64,000 bases of DNA, taken from positions 11,520,275 to 11,584,274 of the forward strand of contig NC_134032.1 in the NCBI RefSeq assembly GCF_964204645.1, written 5' to 3'. Shown here in pieces: positions 1 to 13,133 of the stretch. The notes below the pieces were generated by a model, which was not told the origin of the DNA, made no database searches, and saw only the letters and a list, made by a program, of their open reading frames with translations. A program made the position numbers and the translations under genes. Origin of the DNA: Tubulanus polymorphus. Lineage: Eukaryota; Animalia; Nemertea. Numbering within the stretch: the first letter of the stretch is position 1; the number at the start of each line of letters is the position of its first letter.

Positions 1-156
1 GTCAAACGACATGAATGTACCCACACCGGATACCGGCCGTACTATTGCCCTGTTTGTATGCGCGCGTTCACGCAGAAGGTCAGCATCAAACGCCATTTGT
101 TCAATGTGCACGGACTGAACGAGCTGAAACATTTCCACGATTTCGGACTCCGTTGA
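1..156 (+). CDS. 3' part of a C2H2-ZF terminal cassette exon, cut by the window edge
   Basis: Frame 1 reads VKRHECTHTGYRPYYCPVCMRAFTQKVSIKRHLFNVHG...LR*; not in the ORF track. Confidence 0.85.
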   Translation, partial: VKRHECTHTGYRPYYCPVCMRAFTQKVSIKRHLFNVHGLNELKHFHDFGLR

Positions 157-661
157 AAAACGCTTCGCGGCAAAATATGAACAGCGAAAAATGCTTTTTT
201 CGTATAATTGATATGACTTTGAACAATCTTAATTTCACCGTGACAATCTGACATCTGGTTTGTCATCATTTTTTCACTTGATGTATTCAAATGGACTGCG
301 AGTTTTATTCGGTTTCACGAGGATTATGAGAGGCGAGGCTTCACAGATGGTTTTGACGTTATCTTTAGCGACAGTTGCTACTGGAGGCATAACGTTAGGT
401 GCGAATTTTCCTCGATTCAGTTTCAAAATCGTGAGTTAGATTTACCTCTGCGGTGAAATTATTTTGTAAGGAACTCGTCTGAATTATAGATTTTAAGATC
501 TGAACCTACAATTCAGAAACTGGGAGTTGTGAAATTTTGAGAATTCGGGAAATATTTGAACTCCTGAATCTATGATGTTATGATGTAACTATTACTCAAA
601 ACTCTTTGTCACAAAAAAAGAATTATTTTTTGTAACCAGTTTCCTAATCGGCATTTTGCAG

Positions 662-1029
662 GTTATCCGACTTACGACCCGCTTGCTGCGCAATTCGGGA
701 CTGGTGGCGCCGTCTACGATCATCAGCGACAGTACGTTAACCTGCCGGTGAGCGACGCCGCCAAACGCGTAGATTTCTCGGATTTGCTTCCGTCTGCCGA
801 GAAGAAGCCTCACGTCTGTTCGATTTGCGGCAAGAACTTCGCATATTTGTCGCTGTTGAAGGCTCACTTACGCAGCCACACCGGCGAGAAACCGTTCGAA
901 TGTCGCATCTGCACACAGGCATTCTCGATGAAGGGCAATCTGATGGCGCACATGAAAAGCAAACACAATATCGATAAAACGATCATCAAAGAGTTGTTTC
1001 GGCAGACGGCGCGTAGTATGGACCCGTAA
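662..1029 (+). CDS. Alternative terminal exon, 2 C2H2 fingers (array 1)
   Basis: ttttgcag|GT acceptor, phase 1, in frame with ORF 748-1029; HX3H + HX4H fingers with TGEKP linker. Confidence 0.85.
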
Positions 1030-1546
1030 CACGAAAACATCTCGAATAGAAACTGACAATCCAACAGAGTAAGGATTGAGAGACAATGGTAGAGCTGAAT
1101 GTTTTTGACTTTTTTGAGTTTCTTAAGTAGTTGTTTAAACCGAATGCATGCGAAATGGACCTTTACCGGGAACGAAACTGGAGCGGGAATGAAATAGAAA
1201 TCGAAGTGGAATTCAAACTTTTCAACGGCAACTTTTCAACGGATTGTTAACCCGCTTCTACTGGCATATCACAGGACCTGGTCGAAGAATTTCCTCATTT
1301 TTTTTCTAAATCTTTAGATGCCCTGCGTCAATTCGAAATTAGACTCACTGAATTCAGTTCCACAGTTGTGAATCAAATTTGACTGAAGTTTATTTACGTA
1401 AGACCCCCTCCCCAAAATCTATTTTAGAACCCCAGCTATATCTTAAAGCCCTTATTTTAACAAAAGCATATTTGTTGGATTTTGAGGACCACTCATTTCT
1501 AACTAGAGTTGAAGTTTTCTAACACAATTTTTGTGCAATTTTGCAG

Positions 1547-2049
1547 GTTCGCACCGGTTCTTCCCTGGTATGCCAGTAGGTGGCGGTAGCGCGCCGATGT
1601 ATCATCATCAACAACAACAACAGCAAATGTTTTATCAATCGAAACCGATAACTGCAGGTAGGGGGCGCCCTCGCGGAAGCAGGGGTGGACGAGGTCGACC
1701 AGTATCGCGTTCTGTCGGCGAGATGGCGCCGCCGTTTCAGCAGCAGCAGCAGCAGCAGGCGCCTCAACCCAGTGGCGGCGGGAGTCGAATTTTATACGAC
1801 GAGGAATCGGGCGAGAAACGCTACGTTTGTTCGTCGTGCGGCAAATCGTACGCGTCGAAGTCGGCGTTGGCAATTCACAATCGTACGCACTCCGGCGAGA
1901 AACCGTTCAACTGTCGCATCTGTCAACAGGCGTTCCGTCAGAAGGGGCACCTGATGTCGCACCTGAAACGCATTCACAACATCGACCAGTCGTTCATCGA
2001 CGAGTTGTCTCCGCTTAAATCGAGACCGAAAACCGAACCGGCTGATTAG
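1547..2049 (+). CDS. Alternative terminal exon, polyQ, AT-hook/RG-rich segment, 2 C2H2 fingers
   Basis: ttttgcag|GT phase 1; GRGRPRG motif; Q runs; two fingers. Confidence 0.85.
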
Positions 2050-2589
2050 AGCACCCACGTCGACAGTAATTCCCGATGATTTCATCGATTTTTCCGAAAA
2101 CATGCGACTTTAATGATTATTGAACGTATTCATCGAATGCGCTTATTGCTGATTTGATTGATTTATCGCGCAGGTCGGGCTTATTACGCGGAGGCCGTCT
2201 AGATCTTAGTTCATTATCGAAAAGATCACGGTCAAATCATTTATGTAACGTGTTTCATTAATCAAGATGTCTTGGATCTATTCACCTGTACTTAAATGTT
2301 TTAATGTTCGCTGAAATGTTTGTATACTTAACCTGTACATTAGAGGCTACACTTATTTGGATACTGTACGCTACGAGCAATTATCGCAACGTTGAAATAA
2401 TTGCTCGTAGCTGTATGTTTGGGGCTTCATGTATTTGGCCGTGTACATTACTGTTGATGAATTATGTCAATATCTACGTAAACCATGTATCATGTTTATT
2501 TGCGTTGTACGGTCGGATGATTCTTTAGATATTTTAATTTGTGTTGAATTATACTCGAGTTTAACGAACATGTATATAATCAGTGTATG

Positions 2590-2746
2590 CAGAGTCAAAG
2601 CCGCTTAATCCGGATTTTGGTCTTATCCGGGCAATATTTGTACTCCATTTGTTCACTTATATGCAAGAAAATAGCTTAATCGGGATTTACTGTAAACCGG
2701 ATGAATATTCTAGGTCCCAAATGATCTGAATTAAGCGGATTCTACT
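2590..2746. mobile_element. Degenerate Tc1/mariner(Tigger)-like MITE
   Basis: Imperfect TIRs: cag..gccgcttaatcc and gaattaagcggattctactg. Confidence 0.4.
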
Positions 2747-2809
2747 GCGTCAGCTTTTTGATTTTTGGGATAGTTAGATAACTACTCCCTCAAAAGTAGT
2801 TCTAATTTG

Positions 2810-3022
2810 AGTCTTAGTTCCGCGGTAATGTGGGTTTAATTTGACTATGGATGCAATTCCGAAGTTGTTCTAGGTTTAAGTTTTCCGGATCCAGTGTCAC
2901 AGTCCCGTGAATTTGATTCGACTGGACCCAGTTCCACAGTTGTTTACATTTGATAACTTCTGCAACCGGTTCCACAGTTATGTGGGTTTAATCCCAGTAT
3001 GGATCCAATTCCACAGTTGTGT
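2810..3022. repeat. Tandem degenerate copies of the dispersed ccagttccacagttgtg repeat family
   Basis: About 5 variant copies; the same motif occurs at ~1355, 13612, 46216, 51335 and 63592. Confidence 0.6.
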
Positions 3023-3631
3023 ATGTTTGATTATTGAATTGATTCTTTATCAAGGATATGTTCTGATTGACCAATCTGTCTGCTTACTCATTCTATGTTA
3101 CTCGCATTTCTATACATAATTGTTTTATGTAATAAAAACAATTTCAAATTGAATTCTCAAAGTCTTTATTGTACTGTTTTGTCGAGGGAGGAAGTTTTTT
3201 CGAATTCGTCACGCACTTGTATGTTTCTAAAGGATTTAACCTTCACAATTCAGGAGTCTTCTGGTTCATAGTATCGGAACAGGGAACCTGGACAATACAA
3301 CGGTTTTGATTTAGAATTCTCGAGGAGCCCCGACTATTTCTACTGAAAATGACAAGACTGACTGAAAGCTATATATGCTTAAGGAACATTTTCAAATCGG
3401 AATCCGAGTAGAACTATGAGGGGCCAAATATTTCGTGACATTATTCATCGAATGAAATTTCCAAGATTGATTTTTAAAGTCAGAAAAAAATCGTTTGCAA
3501 TTTCAGAGCCCGATTGCTGCAAAATTTGCCACAATTTCAGGATTTTCTGTTTTCAGACCGATGAATGTAGGTACCGGATGGAAAAGGGTTAACTTCATTG
3601 AAAATAATATTCAGTGTTGTGCATTTTACAG

Positions 3632-3948
3632 GTGGCGTTTTCCTCAGTGAACTGTACCGCAGAAGCGTTAGCAGAGGCAGTCGGAGCGGCCCTTCCCGTC
3701 AGTTAGAAATGGAATATCCACCGGTGGCCCATCAGCAGTTTGCGAGTCAACGACATCGATGCGCCATTTGCGATAAAGGATTCGCGTCCGCTTTGTTGTT
3801 GAGGATACATCACCGGTCGCACACCGGCGAAAAACCGCACGTCTGCGCCGTGTGCAAAAAGCGTTTCACGCAAATCGGAAATTTAAACGTTCATTTAAAA
3901 CGCGTTCATAACATTCGCTACTGCGTCGCGGCGGACGAACCAGAGTGA
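3632..3948 (+). CDS. Alternative terminal exon, 2 C2H2 fingers
   Basis: ttttacag|GT phase 1, in frame with ORF 3598-3948. Confidence 0.85.
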
Positions 3949-4228
3949 AACGTCGTTAATATATCGGCTCGAAGGGATTGGTTTTTTTCTTCGTCCGTGT
4001 TGATAGTATTTTCGTGATTGTTAGGGGATTTCTGCTGTTATCTTTGCTTCGCTTTTCTCACTAGAAACATCGGACATATCCTCGCTAGAAAAATTGAAAT
4101 CTGCCTTGTAACGCGGTTTTTTAAACGAATTTTGCGAGGCAACATTTTGCGTTATACCTAACCGAAACATAACATATATATGTAGATAAACACTAACTAT
4201 AATTTTGACGTAATTCGAAATTTTCCAG

Positions 4229-4614
4229 ATGCGAGGTGGTCACCGTGGCAACAAACGTACGAAAAAACCAGAATGCAAACTGCAGTATCTGCAACTACGA
4301 GGAAATCGACGCCCGCCAAAAACGATTGGTCGCGCCAGTGTCAGATTTGTTTGAAAGTTTGTCGCAACCGCTACGATCTGGACGCGCATTTGAACGTGCA
4401 CACCGGCCGGAAGCCTCACATCTGCCCGATCTGCCGAAACGGTTTCACGCAAGTCGGAAGTTTGAACGTTCACCTGAAGACGGTTCACTCCGGATCTAAG
4501 CCTCACGTTTGCCCCGTGTGCCAAAAATCTTTCTCGAAGATCGGAAATTTAAAGGATCACCTGATTCGTCTTCACAACATCTACGAAGACGCAGTCGCCG
4601 AAGGACCTGACTGA
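4229..4614 (+). CDS. Alternative terminal exon, 3 C2H2 fingers (WSxxQQ/DWSR subfamily)
   Basis: ttttccag|AT phase 1, in frame with ORF 4273-4614. Confidence 0.85.
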
Positions 4615-4859
4615 AAACCAAATCGAACCTGAAATTTGTGTTTTCTTTGAAAATTGTCGATTACTGTTCAATTTTCGGTGTCCTTTTGTTGTCAAGTTTA
4701 GTTCATTCAGACATAATTTCTATAGAAACCTTAACGTCGAAATTTTGTTTCGATGCAATTTTCTGAGAGGCGCCATTCTGTTTGAAGTAATCCTGACGTA
4801 ACTTTTTTATCATGACAATAATTCGAACAATAATTCTGATGTAATTCGGAATTTTCCAG

Positions 4860-5155
4860 GTGCGAATTGGTCACGATGGCAACAAGCGTACGAGGAAAGC
4901 AGCTGCGCGCAGACGGCCGGGTCGCCGAGGAAACGGACAGACGACCAAAATGATTGGTCTCGGCGGTGTCAAATTTGCTTGAAGTATTTCCGTAGCCGCT
5001 ACGATTTGGACGTTCATTTGAACGTGCACACCGGCCGGCGACCGCACATCTGCCCGATTTGTAATAAAGGTTTCACGCAAGTCGGAAATTTAAACAAGCA
5101 TTTGAAACGCGTTCATAACGTTCTCTCGTGCGTCGCGGCAGACCGACCGAAATGA
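4860..5155 (+). CDS. Alternative terminal exon, 2 C2H2 fingers, no ATG
   Basis: ttttccag|GT GCG AAT TGG...; reads ANWSRWQQ...DWSRRCQICLKYFRSRYDLDVHLNVHTGRRPHICPIC...HLKRVH...*; missed by the ORF track. Confidence 0.85.
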
Positions 5156-5460
5156 TCATCCTTTTCCCTAAATGTTGCGGAAATATAACAGGAATATTTT
5201 GGGTTTTTTTTTAAATGAAACTATTATTTTTTTGTGTGTTACGCGTTGGAGAAAATATCCAGACTGAAATTAGCATGTACAAGTATATTATCTTTTTAGT
5301 GGAAATAAATATAGACTTTTTTCGTGAACGTGGTTTTCTTGAATTTCAGAGTTCTTGTTCGAGGTTTTTGCAAGACTTTATTAACTTACTTGACTATAGG
5401 AAATTGGTTGAAAATGACAAATGAGCAGAGACAAGATCAGAAAAAATTAACACAAGCATT

Positions 5461-6290
5461 AATTTTGACGTTGGTCGGATTTTCCAAAATATGAAATGGT
5501 CGCGGCAGCTACTAGTGCGAGAAAATCAACAAGTTATAGACAAAATCTAAAATTCTAGGAAACCTACACCTGTGAGGATAGGTAAATCAACACTTCCAAG
5601 GAAATCGAAATCTACATCTACGAGGATGTATGTACACTAGCTGAGACCGATCAGTCGCGCCAGTGCCCTGGACCTCGCATTTCTACCATCTGTAAAAGAG
5701 GTTTTTAACGAGTCCCACATTTAAACCTTCACAAGAAAACAGTACATAGCCATCCTCCCCTGGCAGGTTGCCTCGGTAAGGTCGTGCCGTGGTTGAGTCG
5801 ATGCCATCAGGTTTGAATCCCTACCGTGGGAGGATGTTCATAGCGGATTCCTTGAGCTAGAAGTTTATTCGACATTTCGACTATATTCTAATATTCAGCA
5901 TTAGAAACACAAAAATGCCGCCGTGTACAACTTCTACTTCTATGTACTTTTAGGCAAAGTTCATAGCGGATTAACACTAATGTTTGTACCACATATAAAC
6001 ACTCACCTGAAAACTGTTCATACTGCAAAACTCACAAGTTTGCAAGAGAAACGTCTTACTCAATCCCCCGAAGTTTTAAAAAGTTCACCGGGACTCGGTT
6101 CACATGCGATTAAAACGTGTGTAGCATTTGCAAAAAAGGTTCCGGGCAATCGAACAGTTTAAAAACTCGCGTGGAAACTGTTCTCCACACTATGTGAAAA
6201 ACCTCATATTTGTACCGTGTGCAAAAAGGTTTTACGCAAGTTGCAAGTTTCAGCATTTAAACAGTCACGTGAAACGATTTCATAGCAGTC
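5461..6290 (+). pseudogene. Decayed ZF cassette (pseudoexon) of the DWSR subfamily
   Basis: Family acceptor cggattttccag is mutated to cggattttccaa; frameshifted remnants tcgcgccagtg, HLKTVH, HVKRFH; possible SINE-like insert near 5760-5870 (ggtttgaatcc). Confidence 0.65.
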
Positions 6291-6751
6291 GCTTATTTCT
6301 CTATCTTCAATTTTGAACACTAGTGCGGTTCTCTAAAAATCTTCAAATGTTTATGATGAACTGATGTGATATAGGACCGGAGTTTTCTTTTGAATCCAGT
6401 TTCTTTTCTTCTTTTTATCAACAAGGAGCAATTCCTGGTCCAAATTCACTGCTGACCTGTTTCATTTAGCGCGATGACAAAGGGATTTGAGATGAAGTTT
6501 CCGTGAACACTGGATCCGGGAAACTTTAACTAGAACAACTTTGGAACAACTTTTAACTAGAACAACTTAGACCGTTGAGCACACATGTATTGACAATTTT
6601 TGTTAATGGTTGTTTTTGTATTTGTTTTATTTGACATTTATAGAAATCATGCCGTGGTTTTCGCATGATTTTATAAATCTGACAATGAAAAGGCAAAAAG
6701 GTAGAACGTGACAGAAATAACATAAACATAATTCTTATTCGGATTTTCCAG

Positions 6752-7491
6752 GTGTCGAATGGTCGTCGGGGCGACAAGCGCAGGATACGAGCGGCGTACA
6801 AACGGAGACGCCGTCTTCGTTGCTGAGGAAATCCGCGCGCGCCAAGAAACCTACGTGGAAGTCTACAGCCGCGGCGATAACAACACTGGCGACGACGAGA
6901 TCATCGCCTCTGAAGAGAGATCGGTCGTTCAAGTGCCCTGCGACGAAATCGACGCCTTTGACGAAAGAGAAGCCGTTCAAGTGTCGGGTTTGCGCGAAAA
7001 CGTTCGAGCGACGCCGCGATCGCGACGTTCATTTCAACGTTCACACCATCGAGAAACCGCACGTGTGCAACATGTGCAAAAAGCGTTTCATGAGCGTCCC
7101 GTGTCTGGAACTTCATCTGGATACCGCGCACAGCCAGTTAAAACCGCACGTTTGCCCCGATTGCAAGAAAAGTTTCACCACGGCTGGAAATCTAAAGGTT
7201 CACCGCAAAACGGTGCACACCGGCGAAAAGCCGTTCACCTGCCCCGTGTGCGAGAAGAGTTTCTCACTGGCCGGGAATTTGCACGTCCACGTGGGAACCG
7301 TTCACTGCGGGTCGAAAGCTCACGTTTGCCCGGCTTGCCATAATCGTTTTTCGACACAGGGTAATCTGAAAATTCACATGGAGACCGTTCACCTGGGAGT
7401 CAAACCTCACGTTTGCGCCGTTTGCACGAAATGTTTTTCGCGAATGGGAGCTTTGAACAACCACCTGAAACGCGTTCACAACATTAAGTAA
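6752..7491 (+). CDS. Alternative terminal exon, 6 C2H2 fingers
   Basis: ggattttccag|GT phase 1, in frame with ORF 6820-7491. Confidence 0.88.
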
Positions 7492-8050
7492 CTCGCGGAA
7501 ATCGTAAATTTGAACAACGCCCACTTCGAAAACTGCGTTTACTACATTCACTGAAACTATGTCAAGGCAGCTATTTAGACGCTGATACCAGCCGGACGCC
7601 GCCGGTTTTCCGTTTGCAAAGCGAACAATTTCAACGAACATTCGCGTCAGAGGGCTTTCACAAAGGATTACTTAAATGCACACATCAAAAAATTTAAAAC
7701 AACTCCGCGAGCTACATTCTCGATGACTTAAAGCCTCCTAAAAACCAGCGAATACACTTAATAAACTCTACTTTGATCGGAAAAACAGATAAAACAGATC
7801 AAAGTGAAATATTCCATTTATGTAGAATTACTGTATATATCAGTTTTTCTTAGATGCATTTAGACATCGTGAATTTAAACACCGAGTCAAATTTAGTGCA
7901 CTGAGCGTATATATGCTTTGAAAGCTTTGTAAAATGGATCTAAATTTCAAAAGCCTTGGTTTTGAAGATATAGTGGCCGATGAAAAATAGTAGGACGTGA
8001 CTATTTGATCAGGAAAAAACTATAACTTTGCTGTAATTCGGATTTTCCAG

Positions 8051-8334
8051 GTTTGAACTGGTCGCCGTGGCAACAGGCGCAGGACGAAAGCATTTCCGAA
8101 ATGGCGCCAGCGACATCGACGAAAACGCCACGAAAAGAAGACTGGTCGCGTCAGTGTCAGATTTGTGCGAAAGTTTGTCGCAATCGCTACGACCTGAAAG
8201 TTCATTTGAACGTTCACACCGGCCGGAAGCCGCACGTTTGCCCGATCTGTCGGATGGGGTTCTCGCAAAAGGGAAACTTGAATCGGCATCTGAGAAATAA
8301 ACACCATATTGCGAGTTGCGTCCCGATCGATTAG
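8051..8334 (+). CDS. Alternative terminal exon, 2 C2H2 fingers
   Basis: ggattttccag|GT TTG phase 1. Confidence 0.85.
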
Positions 8335-8701
8335 AATCACGATACTAGCGTTATCCCCAAAACTTGTAGGGTTCATGAGCTATGATCAACTAAGAATCTC
8401 TAATACGGTTACGAACTGTGGCGCAATTGATCGAAAAACTTTTCCCGCGTATTGCTCTTTTGAAAATAAAAATATTATCAAAGTCAAATTTTGGTAATAA
8501 CTCGTAAGATTTCAACCAGCGCAATGGAAGTACCTTCAAGTTGAAGGCTCTTTCGTTTCAATTGTTAGGTTTTTTCTCGATTTCAGGAGTCTTGCCCAAA
8601 ATGATATATCCCCGCCGTAACCCGATGGAAATAGGGAACGGAGCATGGCATGATAAGAAATTTGAATTGAGAAATAATTTTCACGTAATTCGGATTTTCA
8701 G

Positions 8702-8955
8702 GTGTTAACTGGTCCCCGCAGCAACGAGCTGGTGATAATAGCGGCGGGGCAAAGTCGGCGACGCCGCGCAAAGACGATTGGTCGCGAACTTGTCAAGTTT
8801 GTTTGAAAGTTTGTAGAACTCCGTCCGCTCTGAAGACTCATTTGAACGTTCACACAGGACGGAGGCCTCACGCCTGCCCCATTTGTCGGATGCCGTTCTC
8901 GCAAAAGGGTAGCTTGAATCGACATCTGAAAGCTCAACACCACATCGTCCCATGA
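8702..8955 (+). CDS. Alternative terminal exon, 2 C2H2 fingers, missed by the ORF track
   Basis: ggattttcag|GT; VNWSPQQ...DWSRTCQVCLKVCRTPSALKTHLNVHTGRRPHACPICRMPFSQKGSLNRHLKAQHHIVP*. Confidence 0.85.
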
Positions 8956-10202
8956 TTAGAACTCCTCTCACGTCGTACATGTAACTCCTGATCGCTGTTG
9001 TAGCCCTGCAAATATTCTAACGCTTGCGAGTCTAGCTTTCTTATCTACGGAAAATGAGAAACGGTCAATTAGATTTTTAGATTCGTCTTTTTCAATCACT
9101 TTTTCTTTAACGAGAAGATTCTTCTGTTGGAAGCATGAATTTCTTTATGACATCATAATGTCCACACGTTCTTTGCTTCATTTCAACTGTGGCCAGTTTT
9201 TATTAGTTTTTCAGGAACGCATTTATCAATACTATTTTCATATCCTGTATCTTGTGTATAACCTATTTCATACTAACTTCGCTCACTTTTAAGTTACTGT
9301 AAATTTGATATGCATGTATTCGGTTTTTGATTCACACATTTATAGTTTTTTTATGTTGAAATCTTTAAAACGTATTTGTGAATTTTTAAAATATTTTAAG
9401 AATTGTATTGGAAACTTAAAAAATGCTGGTACAAATCCACAGCCTCGACCGTGCACCCTACTCAGACAGTTGATAGCGCTATTCTTCCATGATCATCCCG
9501 ACTTCACACTACATAATTTCCAATTCTGAAGGGGCAGGGTCCTGGCTGCAGATTGTCTGAAGGGGTAGTTCCAGGCGGCAGATTGTCTGAAGGAGTAGTT
9601 CCAGGCTGCTAGTGTTTGATACCAGCATGAAATTGAGTTTTTTAATTTGAATTTGTACATATTTACCTTCGATGTTGAAGATAAAATTTAGTGAAAAATT
9701 CACCCAAAAGAATTCTACTGTGTCTATCTTAGGTGTAGGTGATTGTAATATAATCTTTTGAATCTATTTGATAATGAAATAAACTTGAGTTTGATAAGCG
9801 AAAACAATCGAGTTGATGACGTCATTTTTTTGGGAAAGGTCTCTCCATTGGAAATCATTCGCAATTGATAAAATATTGACAAAATATGTGAAGGAATCAT
9901 CCCTCAGGTCTTGGAAGGTGACAGACTGCAGGTTACAATTGTACGGTATCAGAAGTTAAAAAAATCGATGGTGGTAAGGTTTTATAATCGGATGGGCTTA
10001 TACCAACCCGATCTTGAAACTAAACCGCAGATAGGTTACTGACTAGTGTAGACGGAGCTTATAAAATGGTGAAATATCAATTTTTAGGGAGAAGGACAAT
10101 CCCCTTATTGCAGACTAATGCTCCTACCTGGAAAACTTGCGAAGGAATGCTTATTGCGCAATCTCGAGAGTTTTCAATATGGTTTTTTCGTTGATTTTTC
10201 AG

Positions 10203-10567
10203 AATGGATAGCAACTGCGCATATGGGTGTTGGCGGTGGTAACAATAGTGCGATCGATACGGAATCCTACAACACTCGAGACAGTATCGGTGGTATTTTT
10301 CCGCAGATGAGATTTTTCGAAGGGAACAATGCCGCAGCAGTAACGGGTACCAAATCTCACGCCAATCACAGCGGCGCGGGTAGTAGTCTGGCGTTACCGC
10401 ACGTTTGTCAAGTTTGCGCCAAGCGGTTCATAACGCCGAGTAAACTAAAAGTGCACATGCACGTACACACCGGTTCGAAACCGTACGTCTGCCCGACCTG
10501 TAACAGACGATTCACACAGACCAGTAATCTGTACAGTCACATGAGAAAGTTTCACCAAAGAGTTTGA
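10203..10567 (+). CDS. Alternative terminal exon, 2 C2H2 fingers
   Basis: gatttttcag|AA phase 1, in frame with ORF 10118-10567. Confidence 0.8.
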
Positions 10568-11066
10568 TAAGACTTCACGTAATAGAGAAAACGACTGCAC
10601 TTAGCTTTATAGTATGTGGATTTTTATTCTTCGTGGTTTTTGTCTCATTTGAAAGAATGTTTTCCTGTTTCATGCATTCTCCTTTAGAAACACCTTCTTC
10701 ACAACATTTTACCGAGGGTCTAGCTTTGAAGTACATGGTTTTGAATTTTTCTGAATTTCTTTTGACGGTTTCGGTCCATAACATTTGATGGAATATCTTA
10801 TTTCGTTATAGGCTTTTCATTTTTCACACACCTCCTTCTCAGCATTTTAACGAGTGTCTAGCATTGTAGTTGGTAGAGATTTTTGTCCATTAATGGAACA
10901 TCTGTACAGTAGATTCCTGCTAACTTGAGACTGGTAGTTGAACAAAAATTGAACGCGACCGACCAATATTTTTACAAGCGAAAATAATTCGTAGTCCTTA
11001 AGATATTTGCACTTAGTAACTTTTCTAGGCTAGAATTCTAACCGTTTTTCCCGTGGATTTTTCCAG

Positions 11067-11401
11067 GTGCTGCCATCGTCACCCTTGAACACCCCCTGCA
11101 GATGTACATGCCGACTACCAGCACCACCAAGTATCAGCGACAACAACAACGATTTAATCATTCGATAACCATGCCAACAACGGCAACAACAGGAGGAGAT
11201 GTTGCCATTCCGCCGCCTCAAATTTGCTACAAGTGCGAAATTTGCTCGATGTCGTTCGATATGCCGAGTACTTATAAAGTTCACATGCGCGTTCACACAG
11301 GACTTAAACCGTTCAGTTGCCAGATTTGTCGCAAGTCGTTTTCGCAGCGAGGAAATTTAAATGTTCATTTGAAAACCGTTCATCGCATGTTACCCGGATG
11401 A
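11067..11401 (+). CDS. Alternative terminal exon, 2 C2H2 fingers
   Basis: tttttccag|GT phase 1. Confidence 0.85.
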
Positions 11402-11826
11402 GATACGTACCATACTTGTTTTCCGTGCCGGACTTATAAGAGGAAGATTTATGCGGGCCATGCCTCTGACCTCGCTCATCAGGATGTATATATTTTAATT
11501 TGCTTCATGGCTTCGGTCGCGAGAGCCATCGTATATCTATCTTGTTTCGCTCTCAACCTCTGTAGAACCGTGTCCTGCGAATTTTTAGCCAACTATAAAC
11601 CCTGAACTCGGCATCCAGCTCCACTGTTCTGACTTATGATTTGACTGGAATTTTGTTGATAATGTTTTTAGCGATATACTCGTAAAGAATCATGGTTTAA
11701 AAATGACAATAAAGGATCGTGTTATGATTGTTTGGAAATGTGCTTGGTAAAAATGGACCCAAAAACATCCAGATCCTTTCATTTGACCGACTAATACAAT
11801 TACACAAACTATTTGGGTCTTTTCAG

Positions 11827-12257
11827 GTCGGACCCATGGAACGTTTGGATTTAGCGGCAACATGGTAGAATTTCAGAACCCGTTCGACGCGCTGTCCATC
11901 GCGAATTCTCAACGGGCGATATCGACGATGCCGAAACCTGGTGGTAAGCGAGCGAAGAAACCACCAACCGAATTCAGACGAGGATCGAATTTCCGAGGTC
12001 GCGGAGCCGCTGCCACGGTGGTGACAGGCTCGGCGTCGGGCCCGCCGCAGCCAAAACTGATTACGAAAACGTACCAGTGCCCGTATTGTAATCGGTTGGA
12101 TAGTAGTAAAGCGATGATGAATCGACACATTCGATGCCACACGGGCGAAAAACCGTTCGCGTGTCCGGACTGCAGCTCCAGATTCAGACAGTCGAGTCAT
12201 ATGTACCAGCATATGAGGCGAATTCACGGATATACGAACCAACCAAAGAATGGATAA
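11827..12257 (+). CDS. Alternative terminal exon, 2 C2H2 fingers
   Basis: cttttcag|GT phase 1. Confidence 0.85.
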
Positions 12258-12804
12258 ACGAAACATATTTAACTTGAACTGTTATTGACTAAATCACCTT
12301 GTGAAATTCTATCCTTGATGTTATTTTCCAACCACTGAATTTGGAATCGTAGGACAATAATGAAACCGTCAAGTATTTAGATTCTACTGTTAACTCTTGT
12401 TCGAAGTTACGTAGAAGATTATGACAAAGTTATATCTTATCTTCTTGGACATTATTGTTTTAAGTAATTGTGCTACGACAGATTAGTTTCAAAAAACATA
12501 TTTTGTAATGTTTCCATGTGACGATTTTGGACAGTGGGGAGTGAGTTTCTTTGGTCCTGGATCCCCTGATGTTGAAGAGCATGCGACCGTATCTGACCTT
12601 GTATATCCTCATCAAGTTCTCCTTGTCCATGCATCCCTTCCGATCTATCTGAATCATTTCTGACCGCTAGACCTTCCACTTCTGCCTACCCTGAGATTTT
12701 CACCCTTGGCTTCTGATTTCATTCATGTTTTCAGTTGTTGTGTTGATGTTAAAGACATTACTGGCCACGGTTCAATAACTTATTTCTCTGAAATCTATTT
12801 GCAG

Positions 12805-13133
12805 ATGGCGCCACGGTCGTAAACGCTGCAAATCTCGAATTGCGTCTGCTATCCGAACCTCTCGTCGACGGCACCCACCTATCCGATGTGCCTCATGCTG
12901 TCGAATGTGAGGTTTGGAAAAATACCAAACGCTGCCCTATCTGTGGAATATATCTGCAAGCTTACTGCTATTTCGTCGCCCACATGCGAACCCACACGGG
13001 CGAGAAACCATTCGCTTGCAACATTTGCTCGAAACGCTTCGCCCGCCTAAGTAATCTATATGCCCACACCCGCCGTGTTCATCATATCGAACCGTTACGC
13101 CAAAACACAGGACTCGGTGCCTATAAACCCTGA
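12805..13133 (+). CDS. Alternative terminal exon, 2 C2H2 fingers
   Basis: tatttgcag|AT phase 1. Confidence 0.85.

Noticed and set aside
12460-12720. Minus-strand ORFs between cassettes
   Set aside because: Short, no recognisable motif; cannot be assigned
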